Shown here piece by piece: positions 1 through 8,893 of a DNA stretch of 38,219 nt. The first letter of the stretch is position 1. The number at the start of each line of letters is the position of its first letter. The notes under the pieces are model-generated. The model was not told the origin of the DNA. It made no database searches and saw only the letters and a program-made list of their open reading frames with translations. The stretch is from Acidimicrobiales bacterium. Its GTDB lineage: Bacteria > Actinomycetota > Acidimicrobiia > Acidimicrobiales > CADCSY01. Position numbers and translations under genes: made by a program. Location: contig JBPCJK010000064.1 in NCBI GenBank assembly GCA_051005375.1, forward strand, positions 1-38,219, written 5' to 3'.

Positions 1-1
1 C

Positions 2-769
2 CATTGCTGCGCCGATCTCCCCGGAGCGCTTCGAGAACTGGTCGACAACCTCGTCGGGGATGCCGACGAGGCGCCAGTGTCCGAGCTTTCCCGACGGACC
101 AGGGTCGTCCTCGATGGCATAGCCCAAGGCCACGGCACGCTCTGCTGCGGCGTGGCGGCCGACCATGGTGGCAGCGTGCACCAGGTCACGGAGCCCGCCG
201 GTGTCGAGCGCTTTCCACCCACCCCGGGCATCGAGCATCTCGGTGAGGTTGGCGATGAGCACGTGGTCGTGCGGCTCTGGGTCACCGGCCCGTGTCGTGA
301 GGTGGCGGGTACGTGCCCACAACAGACCCGTGGTAGCAGTGCGGGTCTGGGCCCGGCCCCGGCGACCGCCCTGGCGGCGGAACCACTCGTCGAGGAATCC
401 CATCGTGGCGTAGGTCTCGGCATCGACGATGGCGTGCATGTCGTCGACCGCCCCCATGACTCCGAGCACCGCGACCGACTTGTGGGCCGACACCACCAGC
501 TCCAGCCCCGGCCGGCGGGTCCGCACCATCCGCTCACCCAGGTGCGGATCGGCCGCCCCACCGGGCCCGTAGATCGCGTCGTACCCGTCGTCATCGACGG
601 GTCCCTCGAGGCCGAGACGATGGGCGACGCTGCCACCCCACATCAGCGGCGTCTCGCCCCGGCTGCCGTAGTAGCGGCGCGCCTCGCCCAGGTGGTCGTC
701 GACGCCACCGAGCACGGTGGCGCGGTGGTACTCGACCGAGTCGACGCCCATCATCCGGAACCACGCCAC
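2..769 (-). CDS. MobF (TrwC-type) conjugative relaxase, N-terminal part; runs off the window edge
   Basis: Manual minus-strand translation from GTG at 769 (GGAGG RBS at 776-780): MAWFRMMGVDSVEYHRATVL...ARRYYGSRGETPLMWGG...GLELVVSAHKSVAVLG...TRHLTTRAGDPEPHDHVLIAN...FSKRS. Contains the YY catalytic pair, the SAxKSV motif and the HUH motif. Absent from the ORF track because there is no stop in the window. Confidence 0.9.
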   Translation of the reverse strand, partial: MAWFRMMGVDSVEYHRATVLGGVDDHLGEARRYYGSRGETPLMWGGSVAHRLGLEGPVDDDGYDAIYGPGGAADPHLGERMVRTRRPGLELVVSAHKSVAVLGVMGAVDDMHAIVDAETYATMGFLDEWFRRQGGRRGRAQTRTATTGLLWARTRHLTTRAGDPEPHDHVLIANLTEMLDARGGWKALDTGGLRDLVHAATMVGRHAAAERAVALGYAIEDDPGPSGKLGHWRLVGIPDEVVDQFSKRSGEIGAAM

Positions 770-1147
770 TCACGACCTCCAGCGGGACCAACCCCGAAGG
801 GTTGCAATCGTGTTTGCCTGATCTCGGTTGTCGCGCCGGGATCTCAGGCGTGTCGAGGACATATCGGTGGCCGGTCGATGGTGGGCGACGTCGGGTATTC
901 AGGTGCGCCAGGGGGTGCTCGACGGGCGGGGCACGTCGTAGTCGGCTGTGGCGGTGTCCCGCTCGGGTTCCCGCTGAGGCCATGACGGCCACCCACCGCA
1001 CTTCCTCGGACGAGATGCGCGGGAACCGACCCCGAACGCGGCTTACAAGTTCTGGGCGGTCAACGAATCCCGGCGAGCGCCGCGACCGATCGGGGTGCCC
1101 AGTGGCCTAGTTGACCGACGCCCCCAAACGCCACAAGGAGCCGACCC

Positions 1148-1369
1148 ATGACCACCGCCACCCCGACCCGCAGCGACGAGCTCCCCCACCTGCTCACCAT
1201 CACCGCCCTCGCCGAGCACCTCGGCGTCGACGTCCGCCACATCCGACGGCTCGTCTCCGAACGCCGCATCCCCTACATCAAGTGGGGCCACCTACTCCGC
1301 TTCGACCCCGCCGAGATCGACGCCTGGATCAACGACTGCCGCCACCACCCGGACAGGCCTCATGCATGA
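1148..1369 (+). CDS. xis: Excisionase-family helix-turn-helix protein
   Basis: LLTITALAEHLGVDVRHIRRLVSERRIPYIKWGHLLRFDPAEIDAWI is a HTH_17 pattern; AAGGAG RBS at 1135-1140. Confidence 0.88.
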   Translation: MTTATPTRSDELPHLLTITALAEHLGVDVRHIRRLVSERRIPYIKWGHLLRFDPAEIDAWINDCRHHPDRPHA

Positions 1370-1412
1370 GCCCTGTCCGCTTGGGAGCGTCAGGGCTCGT
1401 AACCTTGTCGGG

Positions 1413-1574
1413 ATGTCCGACAAGCGCCAACCACCTCCGAAGCCATCTCCACAACAAGGGGACGGCGAGTTCTCCAAGCGAGGCGGACGGGTCCCCTCGG
1501 GCAGCACTCCGCCGCCACCGCGAAGCCAGGCGACACCCCCGACCCCACCCCCTCCACCCGCCAAGAAGGACTAG
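1413..1574 (+). CDS. 53-aa proline-rich micropeptide
   Basis: MSDKRQPPPKPSPQQGDGEFSKRGGRVPSGSTPPPPRSQATPPTPPPPPAKKD; TAACCT -10 box at 1400-1405, 7 nt before the ATG (leaderless geometry); 8 nt gap to the next gene. Confidence 0.6.
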   Translation: MSDKRQPPPKPSPQQGDGEFSKRGGRVPSGSTPPPPRSQATPPTPPPPPAKKD

Positions 1575-1582
1575 CCAATCGC

Positions 1583-2245
1583 ATGCCGACGACGTTCGTC
1601 GGCCTCCTCATCTCCGTGGCCTTCCTGACGCCCGGCTTCCTTCACGCCGCGCAGAGGCGGGCCTTGGCGCCTCAAGGCGAACGTTCTGTGCTGATGGAGA
1701 CCACTGAGGTGGTCTCCCTCAGTCTCGTCACCAACGGTTGCGCAGCCGCCCTGTTCGGCATCGTGCGCAGCGTGTGGCCCTCGCACACGCCCGATCTGGG
1801 AGCGATCCTTAGAAGCGGGTCGACCTATTCGATCGACCACCTGCCCTACGTCGTGGGCTGGGGCGCGGCCGTCCTCGCCGGTTCATGTCTCCTCGCAATC
1901 GTGCTCGCCAGATCGGCCTGGCTCCGCGGAGCGGTGTCCAAGCGACTCACTCCCGTGATTCTCGAGTCTTCGGCGTGGTGCGAGTCTCTCAACGCTCCGG
2001 ATGGGACATACCCGCACGCTGGTATCGAGTTCGCAGACGGGTCCTTCCTGAGCGGTCGCGTCGTGTGGTTCAGCACCGATCTCGAAGAGACGGGCGACCG
2101 GGAACTGGTTCTCGGTCCCCCGCTGGTGCTTCGCGCTGCTACCGGCGTCGGGGCGCTCGATGTCCAGCGCGTGGTCGTGGCTGCAAGAGACATGAGGCGG
2201 ATGGACGTCACCTACATCACTGCTCCGGAGGCAGCCGCCGAATAG
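1583..2245 (+). CDS. DUF6338-like membrane protein (about 3 TM helices plus a C-terminal beta-rich domain)
   Basis: MPTTFVGLL...LTPGF N-terminus, hydrophobic helices, then SAW...DGSFLSG...DRELVL. Confidence 0.7.
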   Translation: MPTTFVGLLISVAFLTPGFLHAAQRRALAPQGERSVLMETTEVVSLSLVTNGCAAALFGIVRSVWPSHTPDLGAILRSGSTYSIDHLPYVVGWGAAVLAGSCLLAIVLARSAWLRGAVSKRLTPVILESSAWCESLNAPDGTYPHAGIEFADGSFLSGRVVWFSTDLEETGDRELVLGPPLVLRAATGVGALDVQRVVVAARDMRRMDVTYITAPEAAAE

Positions 2246-2353
2246 CGGGAGAGCCATCAACCATCGACCGCTGCGCTCTACGATTGACCTACGCCCTCGG
2301 GTGCTCGCCGTTCACTCGGCCTCGATGATCTCGACGCATCTGGAGGCTGACCG

Positions 2354-3628
2354 ATGGCACGACGTCGAGCCGGAACCATTCGTAAGCTCCCCTCCGGTCG
2401 CTGGCAAGCCCGCTACTGGGACCCCGCCGGCAACCGGGTGGGCGCGCCCACTACCTTCGCCACCAAGACCGTCGCGCAGCGGTGGCTCGCCGCCACCGAG
2501 ACCGACATCGGGCGCGGCGACTGGCACGACCCGCGCCTCGGCGAGGTGCCGTACGGCGAGTGGGCTGGCCGGTGGCTGGCCGTGAAGCAACCCAAGCTGT
2601 CCCCGGCGACAATCGACCTCTACCGATACCTGTTGCGTCGCCACGTGAAGCCACGCTTCGCCGAGGTCACGGTCGGGCGCATCACCGCCGTGGAGGTCCA
2701 GGCTTGGCAGGCCGACCTGCTCGCCACCGACCTCAGCCCCAACACGGTGGCGAAGGCCTACCGGGTGCTCAAGGGCAGCCTCGACGCCGCCGTCGACGCC
2801 GGGCTCATCGCCCGCAGCCCCTGCACCATCAAGGGCGCCGGGACCGAACGCCACGACGAGATGCGCATCGCCACCCCCGAACAGGTCGCCGCCCTCGCCG
2901 AAGCCGTCGGCCCACGGTGGGAGGCGCTCGTGTTCACCGCGGCCTACTCCGGGCTCCGCTGGGGAGAACTGGCCGGACTACGGCGGTACGACATCGACAC
3001 CGAAATGAACACGCTCACCGTGGCCCGCAAGCTCGCCGAGGTCAATGGCCAGCTCAGCTACAGCAAGCCAAAGACCGCGGCCGGCAAGCGCACCGTGGGC
3101 ATCCCGTCGTTCGTCGCCTCCTCGCTCCAGGCCCACCTCGACCTCTACGCCGGACCCGGCGCTGACAGCCTGGTGTTCCCCGCCATCGATGCCGGGCCGA
3201 TGCGGCGCAGCAACTTCCGTCGCCGGGTCTGGGAACCCGCAACGACCGAGACCGGCGTGAGCGGCCTGAGGTTCCACGACCTCCGCCACACTGCCGCCAC
3301 CCTCGCCGCCGCGTCGGGAAGCAGCCTCAAGGCGCTCATGGCCCGCATCGGGCATGCCTCCGCCGCTGCGGCCCTCCGCTACCAACACGTCATCGACGGC
3401 CAGGACGCTGAGATCGTCCAGTACCTCGAACGCTTCGGCCATGGCCCGTCCGTGCCCGGGCCTGCCCACCGTGACCGACCAGTGACCGCCCCAACTGGGC
3501 ACGCAGTGGGCACGCCGCCCGATCTGCCAGAGCCAGAGGCCAAACCGCAACGCCCTGACCTGGGCTTTTGTGGTGGAGACGATGGGACTCGAACCCACGA
3601 CCCCCTGCTCGCAAAGCAGGTGCTCTAG
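2354..3628 (+). CDS. int: Tyrosine recombinase/integrase
   Basis: Arm-binding N-terminus (GRWQARY), GLRWGEL (catalytic R), FHDLRHT, RIGH...LRYQH (catalytic Y); GGAGG RBS. Confidence 0.95.
   Translation: MARRRAGTIRKLPSGRWQARYWDPAGNRVGAPTTFATKTVAQRWLAATETDIGRGDWHDPRLGEVPYGEWAGRWLAVKQPKLSPATIDLYRYLLRRHVKPRFAEVTVGRITAVEVQAWQADLLATDLSPNTVAKAYRVLKGSLDAAVDAGLIARSPCTIKGAGTERHDEMRIATPEQVAALAEAVGPRWEALVFTAAYSGLRWGELAGLRRYDIDTEMNTLTVARKLAEVNGQLSYSKPKTAAGKRTVGIPSFVASSLQAHLDLYAGPGADSLVFPAIDAGPMRRSNFRRRVWEPATTETGVSGLRFHDLRHTAATLAAASGSSLKALMARIGHASAAAALRYQHVIDGQDAEIVQYLERFGHGPSVPGPAHRDRPVTAPTGHAVGTPPDLPEPEAKPQRPDLGFCGGDDGTRTHDPLLAKQVL
3496..3515 (+). repeat. Tandem TGGGCACGC x2 (11-bp period), probable integrase arm-type sites
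   Basis: Exact 9-mers at 3496-3504 and 3507-3515, about 55 bp from the tRNA 3' end. Confidence 0.55.
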
Positions 3629-3647
3629 CCAGCTGAGCTACGTCCCC
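3571..3647 (-). tRNA. tRNA-Ala(TGC)
   Basis: GGGGACGTAGCTCAGCTGGCTAGAGCACCTGCTTTGCGAGCAGGGGGTCGTGGGTTCGAGTCCCATCGTCTCCACCA; cloverleaf, G3:U70 pair, encoded CCA. Confidence 0.97.
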
Positions 3648-3873
3648 TTGTCCAACTCCACCTTGGACTGCCCCATTCAGCCACCGCTCTTCCATCGAGT
3701 TGACTCCCCGCCGGTCCGAAAGCCGGAGGGAGAACTGGGGAGACGGACCTCATGGAGAAGCCTGTGGGGAACAGACGGCAGCCATCGTATCCCGTCTCCT
3801 CACCCTGATCGCCCCGCCCGCTCGTGTGGTACAGCCGCTGGCGAGTCCCCTGACTTCGCCGGTGTATGCCGAA

Positions 3874-4167
3874 CTACCTCAGCTGACGCCGGATGTCGAG
3901 GAGGTGGTGGCGAACCTCGTGCAAGGTGTAGACAGCCACCCACCGCAGCGATCGCTCAGACGGCTCCGGGTGGTTGTAGATGACGGTGGCCCCCCACTCC
4001 TCGGGAGCGATGCGGGAGAGGACGTTGGCGAACAAGCGCGCTGCGTCGACGAGCTCGCGAGCAACGTCGGCCGGCTGCTGAGCTGCGTAGCCATCATGCT
4101 CGACCCGCTCGTGTCGGCCCGAGGCGATGGCTGGTCGGCCGGCGCGCAAGGAGCCGTCGGCGGTCAC
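3874..4167 (-). pseudogene. DinB-family protein, C-terminal remnant
   Basis: ERVEHDGY...LHEVRHHLLDI is the DinB_2 C-terminal HExxHH motif; only 97 aa and the N-terminal half is missing. Confidence 0.6.
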
Positions 4168-5960
4168 ACCCGGGCGATGTCGTACTCCTTCAGCTTGGCC
4201 TTGTTGGCCGTGGTGGGCGCCTGCAGGCGCAACAGCTCGGCGTAGATCCCGTCGCCGACGGCCAGCTCGGCGGGCGAGCCGACCTCGGCTACGCCGCCCT
4301 GGCGGATGCCCACGATTATGTCCACGTTCTGGATGGTCGACAGCCGGTGGGCGATGATGAGCGTGGTTCGACCCCGCATCAGCCGCTCCAGCGCACCTTG
4401 CACCTCGCGCTCGGCCTTGCTGTCGAGCGAGCTGGTGGCCTCGTCCAAGACCAGGATCGGCGGGTCCTTCATGAGCGCCCGGGCGATGGCGATGCGCTGC
4501 TTCTGACCACCGGAGAGCTTGACCCCACGCTCACCGATCTGGGTCTCATAGCCCTGAGGGAGCCGCTCGACGAAGTCATGGGCGTTGGCCGCCTGGGCCG
4601 CCGCCACCACCTTGTCGACGCTAACGTCGGTCTGGCCGTAGGTGATGTTCTCGGCGACGGTGCCCGAGAACAGGGCCGGGTCCTGGAAGACCACGCCGAC
4701 GGCACGGCGAAGCGACGCCTGGCTGACCGTCGCCACATCGCTTCCGTCGATGCAGATCGTCCCCTGCGACGGCTCGTAGAAGCGCAGCAGGAGGTTGGCC
4801 AGCGTCGTCTTTCCCTCGCCGCTCTCTCCCACCAGGGCCAACTTGGTTCCCGGCTCGATGGTGAAGCTGACGTCGCTCAGGACGGGCTGGCCGCCTCGGT
4901 ACTGGAACGACACGTTCCGGTACTCCACCCTCCCTTTCGTCACCTCGAGCTCGGCCGCACCCTCGGCGTCGGCGATGGTGGGTGACACTTGCATGATGTC
5001 GAAGAAGTCCTTGCTGTCGGCCGCCGCCCTCTGGAGCTGGTCGACGATGAACGACGAGGCCATCAGCGGGAACTGGGCCTGGAGGGAGAGCTGCAACATC
5101 AAGACCACGGTGCCGATCGACTGCTGGAGGGGACCGAAGGTTCCGTTGAGCGCCTGACCGATGATGACGGCGTAGATCCCGAAGAAGATGACGTTCAGGC
5201 TCAGGCCCCGCCAGACGTCGTAGCGGTGCCACTGCCGGGACTGCACCGCCGTCTGGCCCTCGATGGAACGGCGGATGTCGGCGAAGGTCCGGCTCTCGAC
5301 ACGTTCGTGGACGAAGGACTTGACCACCCGGATGTTGCTGATCGCCTCCAGGAAGCGGCCGTTGGCAAAGTCGTTGTCCTTGTTGATCCCCTCCTGCTTC
5401 TTCTGCCAGCTACGGCTGGTGAGGGTGGTCAACCCGATGTACAGCGGGAACAGCAGGGCCAGGAGCAGGGCGACGAAGGGTGAGTACCGAGCCAGGATCA
5501 CCAGGGTGAAGAAGCTGGAGAGAAAAAAGGAGATGAAGCTGTTGGCCATGGCCTTCATCAGCTCGGAGATGCCGGCGATGCTGCGCTCGAGCCGACTGGT
5601 GATGCGCCCGGTGATCTCGTTGTCGTAGAACTCCAAGGGGAGCTCGAGCAGATGGTCGTAGTAGCGCTGGCCCAACAGGGTGTGGAGCTTGGCCCCCAGG
5701 AGGTCGCCGACGTAGCCCTGCACGTTGGTGATCACCGACACGAGGATCCCCACCGAGAACAACACCGCCAGGAGGAGGGCGAAGTGGCTGGTCTCAACTG
5801 GTTGGCCCGAGGCCCGCTTGACCACGGCGTCGACCAGGAACTTCAGCAGGAACGGGTTGGCCTGGTTGAGCAGGGCGACGACGATGACGAAGACGGCCGT
5901 GGCCAGGTAGTAGCGCTTCAAGTCCCAGGAGTAGCGGATGATCTTGAGCAGGTCTCTCAC
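4164..5960 (-). CDS. ABC exporter, fused permease and ATP-binding domains
   Basis: N-terminal TM domain; GESGEGKT, LSGGQKQR, LDEATSSLD. Confidence 0.95.
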   Translation of the reverse strand: MRDLLKIIRYSWDLKRYYLATAVFVIVVALLNQANPFLLKFLVDAVVKRASGQPVETSHFALLLAVLFSVGILVSVITNVQGYVGDLLGAKLHTLLGQRYYDHLLELPLEFYDNEITGRITSRLERSIAGISELMKAMANSFISFFLSSFFTLVILARYSPFVALLLALLFPLYIGLTTLTSRSWQKKQEGINKDNDFANGRFLEAISNIRVVKSFVHERVESRTFADIRRSIEGQTAVQSRQWHRYDVWRGLSLNVIFFGIYAVIIGQALNGTFGPLQQSIGTVVLMLQLSLQAQFPLMASSFIVDQLQRAAADSKDFFDIMQVSPTIADAEGAAELEVTKGRVEYRNVSFQYRGGQPVLSDVSFTIEPGTKLALVGESGEGKTTLANLLLRFYEPSQGTICIDGSDVATVSQASLRRAVGVVFQDPALFSGTVAENITYGQTDVSVDKVVAAAQAANAHDFVERLPQGYETQIGERGVKLSGGQKQRIAIARALMKDPPILVLDEATSSLDSKAEREVQGALERLMRGRTTLIIAHRLSTIQNVDIIVGIRQGGVAEVGSPAELAVGDGIYAELLRLQAPTTANKAKLKEYDIARV

Positions 5961-6028
5961 GGCACGGGCATGCTACGGGCCGACAGGAACTACTGGGCCT
6001 ACTTTCGTGCTCGAGCCTGAGGTGGTGC

Positions 6029-6682
6029 ATGGACGTCTTGCATCCGCAGCTTCGCTCCCACCGGGAGACGGGACGAAGCTGGCCGGCGCTGGTGTGGCAG
6101 ACCGGTGAGGCCCTGCGCATGATCGCCTCCGCACCGCATGGCGGGGGGCTGGGACCACGGCGGTGGGTGGTCAACGCTCAGGTGCCCTCGTCCTACGGAC
6201 GTCGCCATCCCGACGACCACTTGGAAGCGCTGGCCGCCGCCTACGGCCTTCCCGGACGGGGGGTGGGCATGCTCACTGCCGCTGAGGTGCGCTCGGTTCG
6301 CACCCGCAGCGATGGGGGTGTCGACGTCGCCGTCACCGTCGGTCTGGGAACGCCCACCTGGGCGGCGGCGCCCGACATCCCCGGGACGGTGGCGGCGACG
6401 GGCACGATCAACGTGATGGCATTCGTCCCTGAGCGCCTGGCCGACGCCGCCCTGGTCAACGCCGTGGGCACGGTCACTGAGGCCAAGGCCCAGGCCCTGT
6501 GGGAGATGGGCGTCCCGGCCACGGGCACGGCCACCGACGCGGTGTGCATCGCCTGCCCGGACGGCCGTGGTGGCGCTGCCTTCGCTGGTCCCCGCTCGAC
6601 CTGGGGCGCTCGTCTGGCCAGAGCCGTCCACGCCGCCGTGATGGACGGAGCCGCCGCCACCACCACCGGTGGCGCTCGATGA
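6029..6682 (+). CDS. cbiZ: Adenosylcobinamide amidohydrolase
   Basis: GMLTAA, TVGL, GTIN, TEAK, ATGTATDA motifs; first gene of the cob operon. Confidence 0.85.
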   Translation: MDVLHPQLRSHRETGRSWPALVWQTGEALRMIASAPHGGGLGPRRWVVNAQVPSSYGRRHPDDHLEALAAAYGLPGRGVGMLTAAEVRSVRTRSDGGVDVAVTVGLGTPTWAAAPDIPGTVAATGTINVMAFVPERLADAALVNAVGTVTEAKAQALWEMGVPATGTATDAVCIACPDGRGGAAFAGPRSTWGARLARAVHAAVMDGAAATTTGGAR

Positions 6683-7188
6683 TCACCCTCGTCCTCGGTG
6701 GCGCCGCCTCAGGCAAGTCGTCGGTGGCCGAGGCCTTGGCCGCCGGGCTCTCGGCCCCGGTCACTTATGTGGCCACCGCCACCGTCGATGCGCACGACCT
6801 CGACCTGTGCGCCCGCATCGCCGCCCACCAAGCCCGCCGGCCGTCGTCGTGGGCGACGGTGGAGGCGACCGCCCCTTCGACCCTGGTGCCGAGCCTGCGG
6901 GCGTGTAGGGGCACCGCGCTGGTCGACGCCCTCGGCACCTGGGTGGCATCCGCGCCTGAGCTCGCCGTCGACCCTGAGTCGCTGACCCGCGCCCTGCTGG
7001 AGCGGGACGGCGACAGCATCGTCGTCTCCGACGAGGTCGGCATGGGCGTCCATCCCTCCGCCGCGGTGGGCCGGCGCTTCCGAGACGTGCTCGGCAACGT
7101 CAACCAGGAGGTGGCGGCCGTGGCTGACGAGGTGCTCCTCGTGGTTGCCGGCCGCGTGCTCCCCCTCGGCCCCCTCCGGTCCCGCTGA
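6679..7188 (+). CDS. cobU: Adenosylcobinamide kinase / guanylyltransferase
   Basis: MITLVLGGAASGKS, RIAAHQARRP, VSDEVGMG, FRDVLG; ATGA overlap with cbiZ. Confidence 0.93.
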   Translation: MITLVLGGAASGKSSVAEALAAGLSAPVTYVATATVDAHDLDLCARIAAHQARRPSSWATVEATAPSTLVPSLRACRGTALVDALGTWVASAPELAVDPESLTRALLERDGDSIVVSDEVGMGVHPSAAVGRRFRDVLGNVNQEVAAVADEVLLVVAGRVLPLGPLRSR

Positions 7189-7895
7189 TGCGGTCGGCCC
7201 TGGCCTTCCTCACCCCCCTGGGGGGCCCGGCCCCGCCCCGGCCCGTCGCCCTGGCCTGGTTCCCGGTGGTCGGGGCCGGGCTCGGGCTGGTGCTCGGGGT
7301 CGGCTGGTGGGTGGCGGACGGGCTGTGGCCGCCACTGGTCAGCGCCGCCCTGGTGGTCGGCGCCGACCTGGCTCTCACCGGAATGCTCCACCTCGACGGC
7401 CTGGCCGACAGCGCCGACGGGCTGTTGGCCCACGGGCTCGATCGCGGTCGCCGGTTGGAGGTGATGGCCCAGCCCGACGTCGGTGCCTTCGCCCTGGGCA
7501 CGGTCGTCACCGTGATGGCCCTCCGGGTGACAGCGCTGGCCTCCTTGGCCCCGGCGCCGCTGTTGCTGGCGGCGCTGTGGTCGCTGTCTCGCACCACCAT
7601 GGCGGTGGCCGCCCGCATCCTCACCTACGCTCGCCCCGGCGGCCTGGCGTCGGCCTTCCTCGGCGGGCGCCCGCTGCCGCTGGTCGTCGGTGGCGGCCTC
7701 CTCGCCCTGGCGTTGAGCCTGGGGGGTGGCTCCGGAGCCGCCGGGGTGGTGGCCTTGGCCACGGCCGTGATAGCCGCCGCCGGAGTGTTCGCCCTGGCCG
7801 TCCGCCGCCTCGGCGGCTTCACCGGCGACGTGCTCGGTGCCGCCGGCATGGTGGCCGAGACCGTCGGCCTGGTCGTGGCCGCAGCTCGCTGGTGA
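7188..7895 (+). CDS. cobS: Adenosylcobinamide-GDP ribazoletransferase (cobalamin synthase)
   Basis: AFLT, LTGMLHLDGLADSADG, GGFTGDVLGA. Confidence 0.95.
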   Translation: MRSALAFLTPLGGPAPPRPVALAWFPVVGAGLGLVLGVGWWVADGLWPPLVSAALVVGADLALTGMLHLDGLADSADGLLAHGLDRGRRLEVMAQPDVGAFALGTVVTVMALRVTALASLAPAPLLLAALWSLSRTTMAVAARILTYARPGGLASAFLGGRPLPLVVGGGLLALALSLGGGSGAAGVVALATAVIAAAGVFALAVRRLGGFTGDVLGAAGMVAETVGLVVAAARW

Positions 7896-8893
7896 GCGGT
7901 CACGTGACCGTCGTGGGGAACGGGCCACCACCCGACGGGGCCGTAGTGCCCGCCCTCGCCCGACGTCACATGACGCTCGTGGGGGGAGGATCCGGTCGTC
8001 TCGGCGGGAACGCCCTCGCCGCCGCCATAGGGGTGACGGCCGACCGGGCCCTCGGCGAGCCACCGTGGCGACCACACCCGCTGTCGGTGTTCGGAAGCGC
8101 CATGGGGTCGGTCGAGACCCGTCTCTACCGGGACCGTCGGGCAATCGGGGCCATGCACGCCCTGGCCGGCGTGGCCCTCGGGGTGGGCGCCGGACGGCTG
8201 GTGGGATCCGCAGCGGTGGCCACCTACGTGGCCGTGGCCGGGCGGGCGCTGGCCCAGGCCGCCGGGGCGGTGGACGACGCCCTCGGTCGTGGCGATCTCC
8301 CTGGCGCCCGCGAGTTGCTGCCCACCCTGGTCGGGCGTGATCCCGAGGGACTGGACGAGCACGAGGTGGCCCGAGCCGTGGTGGAGTCGGTGGCCGAGAA
8401 CACCGTCGACGCCGTGGTGGCCCCAGCCCTGTGGGCGGCGGTGGCCGGCGCCGAAGGGGCGCTCGGCTACCGGGCCGTCAACACCATGGACGCCATGGTC
8501 GGTCACCGCTCGCCGCGGTACCTCCGTTACGGTTGGGCCAGCGCCCGCCTCGACGACTTGGCCGGGTGGGTGCCGGCCCGGGCCACCGCCGCCCTGGTCG
8601 CCGCCCTCCGGCCCCGGGCCGCCGGCCAGGTGTGGAGGACGGTACGTTGCCAGGCCGGCACCCATCCTTCTCCCAACAGCGGCGTGGCCGAAGGCGCCTT
8701 CGCGGCCGCCCTGGACCTCCAGCTTGGGGGCTGCAACCGCTACGGCGAGCGCGTCGAGCACCGGCCCTTACTCGGCTCGGGCCCTGCGCCGGTAGCGGCC
8801 GACATCCGTCGAGCCGTCCGGCTGTCTCTCGACGTGGGGACGCTCCTGGCTGCCAGCCTGTCGGCCACCGCCCTGATCCGACTGTGCCCCTAG
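7892..8893 (+). CDS. cbiB: Adenosylcobinamide-phosphate synthase CbiB (called CobD in aerobic nomenclature); start may be 7970
   Basis: GEPP..HP, LVGRD, ESVAENTVD, YRAVNTMDAMVGH, ARLDD, HPSPNSG. Confidence 0.92.
   Translation: MSGHVTVVGNGPPPDGAVVPALARRHMTLVGGGSGRLGGNALAAAIGVTADRALGEPPWRPHPLSVFGSAMGSVETRLYRDRRAIGAMHALAGVALGVGAGRLVGSAAVATYVAVAGRALAQAAGAVDDALGRGDLPGARELLPTLVGRDPEGLDEHEVARAVVESVAENTVDAVVAPALWAAVAGAEGALGYRAVNTMDAMVGHRSPRYLRYGWASARLDDLAGWVPARATAALVAALRPRAAGQVWRTVRCQAGTHPSPNSGVAEGAFAAALDLQLGGCNRYGERVEHRPLLGSGPAPVAADIRRAVRLSLDVGTLLAASLSATALIRLCP

Larger units (their letters stand above)
1..3571. mobile_element. Integrative mobilizable/conjugative element (right end), integrated at the 3' end of tRNA-Ala
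   Basis: Relaxase, excisionase and tyrosine integrase abut the tRNA 3' end; arm-like repeats at 3496-3515. The left boundary is outside the window. Confidence 0.85.

Noticed and set aside
77-985. 302-aa + strand ORF
   Set aside because: Antisense shadow of the minus-strand MobF relaxase
5961-6028. Cobalamin riboswitch upstream of the cob operon
   Set aside because: The intergenic space is only 68 bp and no B12-box was seen
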